Shown here piece after piece: positions 49,189 to 58,155 of a stretch of 64,000 bases of DNA. The stretch comes from a bacterium (GTDB lineage: Bacteria; Patescibacteriota; Minisyncoccia; UBA6257; JAGOQP01), in NCBI GenBank assembly GCA_021814695.1, contig JAKAHY010000002.1, positions 8,920 through 72,919 of the forward strand, in the 5' to 3' direction. The notes below the pieces were generated by a model, which saw only the letters and a program-made list of their open reading frames with translations, had not been told where the DNA came from and searched no databases. Position numbers and translations under genes: made by a program. Positions within the stretch are counted from its first letter, which is position 1, and each line of letters opens with the position of its first letter.

Positions 49189-49500
49189 ATGAAAAAATCA
49201 GAATATCTTTTGAGAAGTTTTATAAATGCGGCTGGAGTATTTGTTTATGTAGCATTGATTGCCTGGCTGGGTTTTAACAGCAAAACAATTTTTGGAGAAG
49301 CTCCAAGTTTTATTGCGCCATTGTTTATGCTTCTTTTGTTTGTCGTGTCGGCTTGTATAACGGGCCTATTGGTCTTGGGTAAGCCAATTCTTATGTATTT
49401 GAACAATCAGAGAAGAGAGGCCATTGTTTTATTTTCGGTTACTCTTAGCTGGCTCGTATTGTTTTTGGCGATTATCGCGACTGCTCTTGCCTTAAGATAA
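49189..49500 (+). CDS. Small membrane protein (3 TM), unknown function
   Basis: I prefer the start at MKKSEYLL. The upstream 20 codons of ORF 49129 are a translation of the type A repeat. Confidence 0.6.
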   Translation: MKKSEYLLRSFINAAGVFVYVALIAWLGFNSKTIFGEAPSFIAPLFMLLLFVVSACITGLLVLGKPILMYLNNQRREAIVLFSVTLSWLVLFLAIIATALALR

Positions 49501-49569
49501 ATTAATATAGAAGGCGGTTAATTTGCATTTGGAAAAAAGTGCGCTATTTTATAACCAGAACGCAAAGAG

Positions 49570-50097
49570 GTGAGCGTGCGCGCTCTTTCCCATCCGATAT
49601 CCGTTTTTGTTTGCGGTTTTGAGGAACTGGACGAACAGGAGCAGGCGTTACTGCTTGTAGCGGCGGATGCTATGACTAAGGCTCAAGCGCCGTATTCGCA
49701 TTATCTGGTTGGTGCTGCCGTGTTGGATGGTGACGGCCACATAACTGCCGGATGTAACGTTGAGCGGTGTACGTATACGCAGACGACGCATGCGGAACAG
49801 GCGGCCGTGGATGCGATGGTTGTTCATGGCAAATCCAGAAAAATTCAAGCGGTTGCGGTTGTCGGGGGACCGGATGGCACGATCAATGGACCCATTGAGA
49901 GATTTCCCAAAGGAGAAGTTGTTGCTTCTTTTGATGAAATTCCGGCGCCATCTTGCGGGCATTGCCTTCAGATTATCTGGGAGAATTGCCGGGGCGATAA
50001 CAAGGTTAAGTTGTATTCCTGGGCCGATGGCTGGGTTTACATCACGACCATTGGTGATGCGCTTCCGATGAAGTTCGGGCCCAATGATTTGTTGTAA
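49570..50097 (+). CDS. cdd: Cytidine/deoxycytidine deaminase-family protein
   Basis: The zinc motifs are THAEQAAV and PSCGHCLQ. The start may instead be GTG 49576, which has better spacing from GAGG. Confidence 0.75.
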   Translation: MSVRALSHPISVFVCGFEELDEQEQALLLVAADAMTKAQAPYSHYLVGAAVLDGDGHITAGCNVERCTYTQTTHAEQAAVDAMVVHGKSRKIQAVAVVGGPDGTINGPIERFPKGEVVASFDEIPAPSCGHCLQIIWENCRGDNKVKLYSWADGWVYITTIGDALPMKFGPNDLL

Positions 50098-50171
50098 TTT
50101 GCGAGTGCTCTTGTTTGGAGCACTTTTTCTTTGACTGAATTTCGGGTATCGTGTATAAAAGTAACATTACT

Positions 50172-50258
50172 GGAGGGGTGTGTGAGTGGTTGAAACAAAC
50201 GGTCTTGAAAACCGTTATGCCCGCAAGGGCATCGCGAGTTCGAATCTCGCCCCCTCCG
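50172..50258 (+). tRNA. tRNA-Ser (anticodon TGA)
   Basis: The acceptor stem is GGAGGGG/CCCCTCC. The anticodon arm is ACGGT-CTTGAAA-ACCGT. It has a long variable arm (TATGCCCGCAAGGGCATC). The T arm is GCGAG-TTCGAAT-CTCGC. Confidence 0.92.
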
Positions 50259-50342
50259 CTTTGTGCGGAAAATAAAATATCACCATTTTTTTGACAGTTG
50301 TATTTTATATGATATCTTTTTGTCAGTACTAAAAAACATGGA

Positions 50343-50960
50343 GTGACCGTGCCTGACAACTGCGTGTTTTGCGATCGGGTGAAGGTTGAAGAAAGAATCG
50401 TCGGAGAGACTGCCGATTTCTTTATTGTTGCAACTATTGGCCAGATCAGTGACGGGGGATATCTTCTTTTGATCCCCAAGCGTCATGTGGCATGCATTGC
50501 CGCAATGAGTGAACCGGAAATTCGTCTTGCTTATTACGCGATTCAAGAAGTGCGCACGGCAGTTTCATGGGAATATTCATTCGCGCCAGTGACGATTTTT
50601 GAACATGGGATTGTCGGACAAACGGTAGAGCATGCGCACATTCATTTTGTTCCTGCTGCGTGCGACATTACCGCCAGAGTTAGAAAGGATTTTCCGGATT
50701 GCAGAATCATCTCTCCGATAACGCTGGAGGAAATCCGACATTCTTATTTGATTGATCCTCGTCCGTATTTGATGTGGCGGGACCAGAATTTTAACATCAG
50801 TGTTTGCTGGAATCCTCCTGCTCCGCCAATGTACTTTAGGATTGTTGTCGCCGAAGCGCTTGGGCGTCCCGAAAGAGCCAACTGGCGCACGATGGACAGG
50901 GAAGTCGATAATCGTCTGGTCTCTGAAACTATTGCCCATTTGAAGCCGTATTTTTCATAA
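50343..50960 (+). CDS. HIT-family nucleotide hydrolase/transferase with a C-terminal extension
   Basis: It has an N-terminal CVFC and the histidine triad EHAHIHFVP. The start may instead be GTG 50349. Confidence 0.75.
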   Translation: MTVPDNCVFCDRVKVEERIVGETADFFIVATIGQISDGGYLLLIPKRHVACIAAMSEPEIRLAYYAIQEVRTAVSWEYSFAPVTIFEHGIVGQTVEHAHIHFVPAACDITARVRKDFPDCRIISPITLEEIRHSYLIDPRPYLMWRDQNFNISVCWNPPAPPMYFRIVVAEALGRPERANWRTMDREVDNRLVSETIAHLKPYFS

Positions 50961-51099
50961 GCCCGCATATTTGGGGCTTTTATTTTAGAGCCATAATATT
51001 TGACAAAAATATAAATATGTATTATCTTATAAATATCTTTAGTGAGAATCCTGCACATAGTAGCAATAAAAGGTTCTTACCCGAGGATTTTTTATTTCT

Positions 51100-52479
51100 A
51101 TGAACAACAGATTCGGCAACAAAAGGCCCGTTCACGGGCACAGTAATCACGCAGGCTCGTCTCATTCTTCCAGCTCATATCCGCAGCATAATGCCGGCGG
51201 CAGTTCGAGGCGGAGAAATTTCGGTCGTGGCCGCGGCGCATCGTCAAAAAGCCAAAGGATCAATGAAACGCGATTTATAAACAAATCAAGCGTTGTAAAC
51301 TCGACTCTTGCTTATGAACCCAAAAATTCTTTTGCCGATTTTGAAATCGACGGCCGCTTAAAAGAAAATATTGCCAAAAAAGGATTTACAAAACCGACTT
51401 CAATCCAGGACAAAACCATCCCGGAGATTTTATCCGGCAAGGATGTTGCGGGACTGGCAGATACCGGCACCGGAAAAACCGCAGCTTTTCTTATTCCATT
51501 AATAAATAAAATACTTAAAGATAAAAACCAGAGAATATTGATTTTGGCTCCGACAAGAGAGTTGGCGTTACAGATAAATGCCGAGTCAATGGATTTTTGC
51601 AGAGGGTTGGGAATTTATTCAGTTGAGGCTGTGGGAGGCGAAAGCATCCGCGAACAAATATACCAGATAAGGAGGGGATTCAACCTGCTTATAGGCACTC
51701 CCGGAAGACTTCGGGATTTGGCCGACCGCAAAGCGGTGAACTTGGGAATTTTTCAAAACGTTGTATTGGATGAAGCCGATAGAATGTTGGATATGGGATT
51801 TTTGCCGGATGTTAAATTTTTACTCGGCTTATTGAGAAAGGAGCGGCAAACCGTATTTTTCTCGGCGACATTTTCTCAGGAGATTAGCGACCTGACCAAA
51901 CAATTTTCTCAAAATCCGATAAAGATAGAAACCAAGATCAGAGATACCTCATCCGATGTTGACCAGGATATAGTACGTGTCGGGCTTTCTGATAATAAAA
52001 TAGAGATATTGGAAGAATTATTGAACAAGAAAGAATTTCAAAAAGTTCTGATCTTCGGAAAAACAAAAGTCGGCGTTCAGCACGTGGCCGATGAATTGAA
52101 AAAACATGGATTTGCTGCAGAGGCTATTCATGGAGATAAGTATCAGGCCAGTAGAGAAAAAACCCTCCGCGCCTTCAAGCAGGGGAGATTTAACATTCTT
52201 GTAGCAACCGATGTGGCCGCCAGAGGACTGGATATTCCCGATGTCACTCATGTAATAAACTATGACATTCCATCGACATATGAAGATTATATTCATCGTA
52301 TCGGTAGAACTGGGCGTGCGGGTAAGAAAGGAATGGCGCTCACTTTTATCGGCGGGAAAGAGCATCGTCACGATCTAAGGGCTCAAGGGGGAAATAAAAA
52401 GTTTTTCGGATCAAGTCACGGGCATCCGGGAAGGCGGCCGTTTTCCAAAAGAGGCCGCAGAGATAGAAGGGGAAGATAG
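51100..52479 (+). CDS. DEAD-box RNA helicase with R/G/S-rich termini
   Basis: It has the Q motif (F.K.TSIQ), ADTGTGKTAAF, DEAD, SAT and HRIGRTGRAG. Confidence 0.93.
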   Translation: MNNRFGNKRPVHGHSNHAGSSHSSSSYPQHNAGGSSRRRNFGRGRGASSKSQRINETRFINKSSVVNSTLAYEPKNSFADFEIDGRLKENIAKKGFTKPTSIQDKTIPEILSGKDVAGLADTGTGKTAAFLIPLINKILKDKNQRILILAPTRELALQINAESMDFCRGLGIYSVEAVGGESIREQIYQIRRGFNLLIGTPGRLRDLADRKAVNLGIFQNVVLDEADRMLDMGFLPDVKFLLGLLRKERQTVFFSATFSQEISDLTKQFSQNPIKIETKIRDTSSDVDQDIVRVGLSDNKIEILEELLNKKEFQKVLIFGKTKVGVQHVADELKKHGFAAEAIHGDKYQASREKTLRAFKQGRFNILVATDVAARGLDIPDVTHVINYDIPSTYEDYIHRIGRTGRAGKKGMALTFIGGKEHRHDLRAQGGNKKFFGSSHGHPGRRPFSKRGRRDRRGR

Positions 52480-52582
52480 GCGCAAAGCCTTGCTGCGGGA
52501 GTCAGTATACCAAGGGTGGCGGGAATTTTTCCGCCACTTGTTTTTATCGGATGAATTTTGACCTAAGCTATTAAGGCAATAA

Positions 52583-52593
52583 TGTGATATAAT
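52583..52593 (+). promoter_or_regulatory. Extended -10 promoter TGTGATATAAT (copy 4)
   Basis: This is the same 11-mer (with a preceding A) as upstream of the three LVIVD genes. Confidence 0.6.
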
Positions 52594-52625
52594 AATAACT
52601 TAGGATAATAATTAAAAAAACAAAC

Positions 52626-53384
52626 ATGAGAAACAAATTATTTGTATTATTCGTAGCAGTGGCTCTTGTTTTCGGTGGAATATACTATGCTTTCGCTCAA
52701 GAAAGCGGAGGAGCAAAAGTCCAACTACAAGGACAAGTCGAGACCCAAAACAGTGGGGGAGAAGTCCAGGTTCAGGTCCAATCCCGGAACGAGGTACAAA
52801 GTGGGAATGACAGCGAAAAGAATTCTACCGGCACCGAGTCCGAGATGAACCAGAAAAACGAAATTCAAGGCCAGAATGAGATTAAGGGAGAAAATGAAAT
52901 TGAAGCAACGAGCTCACAGGAAGGAACGAGCAGCGATCAGGAAGTCGAAAAAACCGAGCCGGTAAAAATGGCCGAGCAAACCAGAAGCGAAGTCGCTAAC
53001 GCAGTTCAGGAAATGCTTAGCGTTGCCGACAGAGCCGGAGGAATCGGAAGCGAAATCAAAGTTATTGCACAAGCCCAAAATGAAAATCAGCTGAAAATAG
53101 AAAACAGCATAAAAAATATTGAAGGGCGAAACGGCTTCGTTAAATTTTTGATAGGTCCGGACTACAATGAAGTTGATAATGCCCAAAAGGCCTTGAGCCA
53201 AAACAAGGAACAAATTACCCAACTCAACCAAATTAAGGCTAAAATTACCAATCAGGCCGATCAGCAGGTGTTGGCTAACCAAATCTCCATTCTTGAAAAA
53301 GCCAACGTGAATATTGAAACGTCTCTGAATCAATCGCAAGGAGGTTTTAGTCTTTTTGGCTGGCTGTTTAGGATAGTTAAATAA
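52626..53384 (+). CDS. Secreted Q/N/E-rich repeat protein, unknown function
   Basis: It has a signal peptide (...YYAFAQE) and short repeats (EVQVQVQS, NEIQGQNEIKGENEIEA). The C-terminal tail is GGFSLFGWLFRIVK. Confidence 0.65.
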   Translation: MRNKLFVLFVAVALVFGGIYYAFAQESGGAKVQLQGQVETQNSGGEVQVQVQSRNEVQSGNDSEKNSTGTESEMNQKNEIQGQNEIKGENEIEATSSQEGTSSDQEVEKTEPVKMAEQTRSEVANAVQEMLSVADRAGGIGSEIKVIAQAQNENQLKIENSIKNIEGRNGFVKFLIGPDYNEVDNAQKALSQNKEQITQLNQIKAKITNQADQQVLANQISILEKANVNIETSLNQSQGGFSLFGWLFRIVK

Positions 53385-53765
53385 TAGCGAACAAAAAAGC
53401 CGCGAAAGATAAATGTCCGAGCGGCTTTTTGTTTTATCGGCGGGTATTGTAATGAATATATGAAAAATATAATTATAAGCGTTGTTATAACGCCGTTGGT
53501 TGTGGCAGCGGGTTTTTCGCTTGGCAGTATTTTACAAATAAAAACCAAGCGCCGTTTATGATATAAACTCAAAAACTTATCAGACGCCAGAAACGTCATT
53601 TCCGATGGAACTTAAGACGGGGGCAATATCGGATGTGGTACTTTGTCCCAGCAGGTGGGAGTATATGAATACAAATTATATCTGGACAATATTCTCGTGG
53701 AGATTATTCCGTTTCGGGTTAAATAGATTATAATAAGCAAAAGGTCATAAAATTAGAAAAATAAT

Positions 53766-54158
53766 ATGAGTATTACAGATGCGATTTTTCTTATCGGCCG
53801 GATAATTTACGGCGGGTATCTTATAAAAAGTTCCTGGAACCATTTTGCCCATCATAAAGATTTGGTCGGATACGCTTCGTCAAAAAATGTCCCGATGCCA
53901 AATATTTCTGTCTTGTTAGCGGGGATATTTTTACTACTTGGTGGATTGGGAATAGTATTTGGGGTTTATGTGCAATGGGCGGTTATCTCTATCGCATTAT
54001 TCTTTATTCCGGTGACATTTATGATGCACCAATATTGGAAAGAGCAGGATGGCCAAAGAATGTCGGATAATGTCAATTTTTACAAAAACTTGGCATTGCT
54101 TGGAGCAGCGCTGATATTTTTGGCGATTCCGCTCCCTTGGCCGTTGGCGTTATTTTAA
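53766..54158 (+). CDS. DoxX-family membrane protein
   Basis: It is 130 aa with 4 TM segments, and the LIGRIIYGGYLI..S..HF N-terminus is typical of DoxX. Confidence 0.7.
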   Translation: MSITDAIFLIGRIIYGGYLIKSSWNHFAHHKDLVGYASSKNVPMPNISVLLAGIFLLLGGLGIVFGVYVQWAVISIALFFIPVTFMMHQYWKEQDGQRMSDNVNFYKNLALLGAALIFLAIPLPWPLALF

Positions 54159-54261
54159 AGCTGTCAGTTATCAGGATATTATGCGGATAAAAACACCCCA
54201 AATAATTTGGGGTGTTTTCCACTTTTTATTTTGTATAAAAAGGTACAATTAAAGGAAAACT

Positions 54262-54495
54262 ATGTCTACTAAAAAAACAACAATTGTGATTATTCTCCTG
54301 GTTATACTGGTGGCAGCAGCCATTCTTGCATATTCCTGGTATACAAAGAAAGCTTCGGTTTCTACTACAGAAACATCTACCGCGCCCACATCCGGATTGG
54401 GTAGTCAATTATATCAGCAGACAGGAGCTCCGGCAGCCAGCCCGCTTCAAAATACCAACCCCTTCGACAAGGTAAAAACTAATCCTTTTGAGTAA
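54262..54495 (+). CDS. Small membrane-anchored protein, unknown function
   Basis: It has an N-terminal TM segment (TTIVIILLVILVAAAILAY) and an S/T/P-rich tail. Confidence 0.5.
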   Translation: MSTKKTTIVIILLVILVAAAILAYSWYTKKASVSTTETSTAPTSGLGSQLYQQTGAPAASPLQNTNPFDKVKTNPFE

Positions 54496-54496
54496 T

Positions 54497-56239
54497 ATGA
54501 AAAAAAATATCTTACGGCACCTTCCTCATTTGATTATTTTTTCCGCAATCATTATTTCGGGGATAATTATCGGAGGGGCTGCTTATGCTCAACAAGTAAG
54601 TTCGACATCGACATCAAATATAACTTTTCCGATAGCGGAATTGGGAAATTGTACTGATCAGGTAGCTTGTAAGGCGTATTGTGATATTGATGCCAATAAG
54701 ATTGCCTGCGTCAATTACGCTCAATCTCATGGACTAATGTCTTCTGATGATACCAATCGTGCCAAAAAATTTCTGCAGGCCGGTCCGGGACCGGGAGGCT
54801 GTACCGATGCCCAAACTTGTCGTTCGTATTGTTCCGATATTAATCATATCGATGAATGTTTAGCTTATGCCAAGAAAACGGGAATCCTTTCGAGTAGTGA
54901 ATTGGACGAAGCCCAAAAAATCGCCAGCGCACTTTCTCAAGGCGCACAACTTCCGGGCGGGTGCACCACTAAGGATCAATGCGAGGCTTATTGTAAAGAC
55001 TCGTCTCATTTAACCGAATGCGTTGCCTTTGCCGAAAAGGCGGGAATGATTTCCCAGCAAGAGGCCGACATAGTCCGTAAAACCGGAGGCAAGGGTCCCG
55101 GCGGATGTGATTCACAACAATCGTGTGATGCCTATTGTAACAATAAAGATAATGCCAATACGTGTTTCGCATTTGCCCAGGAACACGGATTGATATCACA
55201 AGATCAGATTGACCAAATGAAAGAAGGAATGACTCGTCTACGAGCGGGATTAACTCAGGCTCCTGAGGAAGTTGTCCAGTGTCTAAAAGATGCTTTGGGC
55301 TCGGATATTATAGGGAAAATAGAGTCGGGAAATTTTACTCCGACACAATCGGACGGACAGACAATCCAAAATTGCTTCAATCAGTTTAAGAGTCAATCAA
55401 CACAAAAAATGTTGGAAGGATTTAATCAGGTTCCTGGCGCTGAGGCGTGTATTCAAAATAAATTAGGCACCAGCACTCTTGACCAAATAAAACAGGGGAA
55501 TATGCCAAATGACCCCAATATTGGAGATCAAATCCGATCCTGTTTTGAAGAAAATGCAAAAGAGGCCCAACAAAAAGGATTGGAGCAGATAAAAAATGCC
55601 CTTGAAAACGCTCCCGAATCGGTCAAGGCGTGTCTTCAAGATGCGATAGGAGCTGACGGTCTTGCCAAAATTCAACAGGGAGATTCATCGGTTTTAACTC
55701 AAGATTCGGAAAATAAAATCAAACTGTGTTTTTCCCAGATGCAGCAACAGGGAGTTAACCAACTACAAAGCGCCCCCGCCGAGATTCAAAGTTGCCTCAA
55801 AGAACAAATGGGTAGTGAGAGATACGGCAGAATTATAAGCGGCCAGGGAACAGCCGAAGACCAAAAAGAAATGCCTCAGGCAATCCAGGAATGCACAAAA
55901 AAATATCAGGAACAAATGCAGAATCAGATTCAGGAAAGAATGCAGCAAATCCCCGGATCCGGAGAGGGATTGCCGGGAATGCCGATTAACGGACTTAATG
56001 TTATTCAGAATCAGGGAGGGTCCGGCACTCAGGGAATGATGCCTCCGCAAGGACAGCAAGGAATAACCGGCCAGCAAGTTCCTTCGTTTCCCAGTGGTGT
56101 AAAAGATTGTTTGGAACAAGTATATGGAAGCGATATAGTGGATAAAATTCAAAGCGGACAGTCTCAACTTCCGGCTGATTATATGCAAAAGATAGGCTCT
56201 TGCATGGCTCAAAAAATGGGAGCTCCGAGCGGTAATTAG
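54497..56239 (+). CDS. Secreted protein built from two families of Cys-containing repeats, unknown function
   Basis: It has an N-terminal anchor. There are four repeats of C-x5-C-x3-C-x8/9-C...(Y/F)A...G(L/I/M)(M/L/I)S (about nt 54644-55184). These are followed by five repeats of about 45 aa of the form (V/I)xxCLK(D/E)xxG...I..G.......I..C(F/T/M). A Q/G/M/P-rich linker lies before the last repeat. Confidence 0.7.
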   Translation: MKKNILRHLPHLIIFSAIIISGIIIGGAAYAQQVSSTSTSNITFPIAELGNCTDQVACKAYCDIDANKIACVNYAQSHGLMSSDDTNRAKKFLQAGPGPGGCTDAQTCRSYCSDINHIDECLAYAKKTGILSSSELDEAQKIASALSQGAQLPGGCTTKDQCEAYCKDSSHLTECVAFAEKAGMISQQEADIVRKTGGKGPGGCDSQQSCDAYCNNKDNANTCFAFAQEHGLISQDQIDQMKEGMTRLRAGLTQAPEEVVQCLKDALGSDIIGKIESGNFTPTQSDGQTIQNCFNQFKSQSTQKMLEGFNQVPGAEACIQNKLGTSTLDQIKQGNMPNDPNIGDQIRSCFEENAKEAQQKGLEQIKNALENAPESVKACLQDAIGADGLAKIQQGDSSVLTQDSENKIKLCFSQMQQQGVNQLQSAPAEIQSCLKEQMGSERYGRIISGQGTAEDQKEMPQAIQECTKKYQEQMQNQIQERMQQIPGSGEGLPGMPINGLNVIQNQGGSGTQGMMPPQGQQGITGQQVPSFPSGVKDCLEQVYGSDIVDKIQSGQSQLPADYMQKIGSCMAQKMGAPSGN

Positions 56240-56279
56240 TGATGAGTAAAAAATATCCCGAATCGATTCGGGATATTTT

Positions 56280-56978
56280 TTATGCCTTTGCCACCACTAA
56301 GCCGATTATTTTTTGGGCGCCATATTTTTTAAGAAGAAGAGAAATTTCGTTAAGCGTTGCCCCTGATGTTGAAACGTCATCTATCAGGATAATGTTTTTG
56401 CCCGAAACCGACTCCGGGCCGGTAATTTGAAAACATTCGGAAATATTTTTTATTCTTTCGGAAAAATCTTTGGTTTTGGCCTGGGGTGGATTATTTTTTA
56501 CTCTTTTCAGGACATCAAGACAGGGGAGAGAAAAATAATCCGAAACAACAGAGGCAATAATTTGCGCCTGATTGAATCCTCGGGCGCGAAATTTGGATTT
56601 ATGAAGGGGAACGAATGTTATAACATATCGGCTCAAATCGATTCCGGTTTCTTTAAGATATGAAATTAACATGGCACATAATATTGTTCCTATGCCCTCT
56701 ATTTTTTTATATTTAAATGTATGGATCAGGGACGGTATGGGTGCTTCAAATCTGCTTGCGGGCGCCAAGACATAGCTTGTGTCGTGGCATTTATCTGTCC
56801 CCGGCAGGCGGGACATACACTTCGGGCAATAAAGAGCCGAGTTGAGACGTATTTCATCAAAGCATGATTGGCAAAGAAATTGTTTCTGATCGGGAATGGA
56901 GGATTTGCAGTTTACGCATACAGGAGGAAAAACGGTGTCCGAGGCTAATTTATTCAATTGAGCGATGATTTTTATCAT
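56280..56978 (-). CDS. comFC: ComF-family protein (ComFC-type phosphoribosyltransferase-fold competence protein)
   Basis: It has N-terminal CxxC pairs (CVNC...CQSC...CPKC), RGFNQA, and the PRT motif IILIDDVSTSGATL. Confidence 0.85.
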   Translation of the reverse strand: MIKIIAQLNKLASDTVFPPVCVNCKSSIPDQKQFLCQSCFDEIRLNSALYCPKCMSRLPGTDKCHDTSYVLAPASRFEAPIPSLIHTFKYKKIEGIGTILCAMLISYLKETGIDLSRYVITFVPLHKSKFRARGFNQAQIIASVVSDYFSLPCLDVLKRVKNNPPQAKTKDFSERIKNISECFQITGPESVSGKNIILIDDVSTSGATLNEISLLLKKYGAQKIIGLVVAKA

Positions 56979-57047
56979 AAATTCGGATATAATAATTATA
57001 AAAGATAGAGGTTACCGGTTTCCAGATCTTCGTGATCGGCAATCTTT

Positions 57048-58142
57048 TTGTCTTATACGACCATGTTTGATCTCTTAAAAAAAATTATTCCCGGACGATC
57101 TTCTTATCTTGGCGTTGATATCGGGACTACCTCAATTAAAGCTGTCGAACTTACCAAAGGAGCGCAAAATCCGACTCTGACGAATTACGGACTTTTGGAA
57201 AGTTATGGCCACTTTGAGCGTGCTAATAATGTCATACAGGCCAACGCCCTTAAGCTTTCAGAAAAAGAGACAACGTTTATGCTTAAGACTCTTGTAAAAC
57301 AATCGGGATTTAAAACCAGCGCGGCGATTGCATCCATTCCTTCGTTTGCTTCTTTCATAACAATGATTGAAATGCCCTCCATGTCAGAAGAAGAGACTAA
57401 TAAAGCTATGGGATTTCAGATAAGACAGAGCGTTCCTCTGCCCCTATCGGAAATTGCCGTAGATTGGATTAGGGTCGGCGAACGCAATGATGAAAACGGG
57501 TTTGCTAAACAGCAGATGGTTCTCATCGCAATTCCAAACGAAACGGTTTCCAGATATAAATCTATTTTCAAGGGAGCGGGACTTTCTTTAAAAGCGCTCG
57601 AAGTGGAAAGCCTGTCCTATATACGATCGGTTATTGGAGGAGATAAAACTCCTTCGATGATTATTGATATCGGTGCGCGCTCCACAAACATCACTGTCGT
57701 TGACCAGGGATTTTTGAAACATAATTCTCAGATAGATTATGCCGGAGATTCTTTAACGCAAGCGATTACCAAGGGACTGGGTATAAGCTACAAGAGAGCC
57801 GAGGAGCTCAAGAAACAACGGGGCATAAGCGGAGGGTCCGGAGAATATGAGTTATCCACATTGGAACTACCTTTCATAGATGTTATAATTAGTGAGGTAA
57901 ATAAGGTTAAGGACAATTTTGAGTCCAATTTTGGCTTAAAAATTCAGCGGGCCATACTCATAGGGGGAGGCTCAAGCTTGATAGGAATAGATAAATATTT
58001 TGAAAGCCAAATGCAAATAACCTCAGTGTTGGGCAATGGATTACTTTTTGTGAATACTCCAAGTCAGTTGAACGTTGTTGAAAAAGAGTTGCAGGTAAGA
58101 TTTGCGACAGCGATAGGGCTTGCGATAAAGAATTTCGTTTAG
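57048..58142 (+). CDS. pilM: Type IV pilus assembly protein PilM (actin-like ATPase fold)
   Basis: It has LGVDIGTTSIKAVEL, IDIGARSTNI and LIGGGS. The true start is probably ATG 57063 rather than TTG 57048. Confidence 0.85.
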   Translation: MSYTTMFDLLKKIIPGRSSYLGVDIGTTSIKAVELTKGAQNPTLTNYGLLESYGHFERANNVIQANALKLSEKETTFMLKTLVKQSGFKTSAAIASIPSFASFITMIEMPSMSEEETNKAMGFQIRQSVPLPLSEIAVDWIRVGERNDENGFAKQQMVLIAIPNETVSRYKSIFKGAGLSLKALEVESLSYIRSVIGGDKTPSMIIDIGARSTNITVVDQGFLKHNSQIDYAGDSLTQAITKGLGISYKRAEELKKQRGISGGSGEYELSTLELPFIDVIISEVNKVKDNFESNFGLKIQRAILIGGGSSLIGIDKYFESQMQITSVLGNGLLFVNTPSQLNVVEKELQVRFATAIGLAIKNFV

Positions 58143-58155
58143 TTTTAAATTTTTC

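Noticed and set aside
50042-50546. ORFs 50042..50479(-) and 50280..50546(-)
   Set aside because: They span tRNA-Ser and the spacer, and are antisense to the deaminase and HIT gene ends. There is no supporting signal.
53460-53561. 33-codon ORF (MKNIIISVVITPLVVAAGFSLGSILQIKTKRRL) in the 380-bp spacer before the DoxX gene
   Set aside because: It is hydrophobic and could be a real micropeptide. However, it is very short, has no Shine-Dalgarno sequence or recognisable promoter, and cannot be supported from sequence alone.
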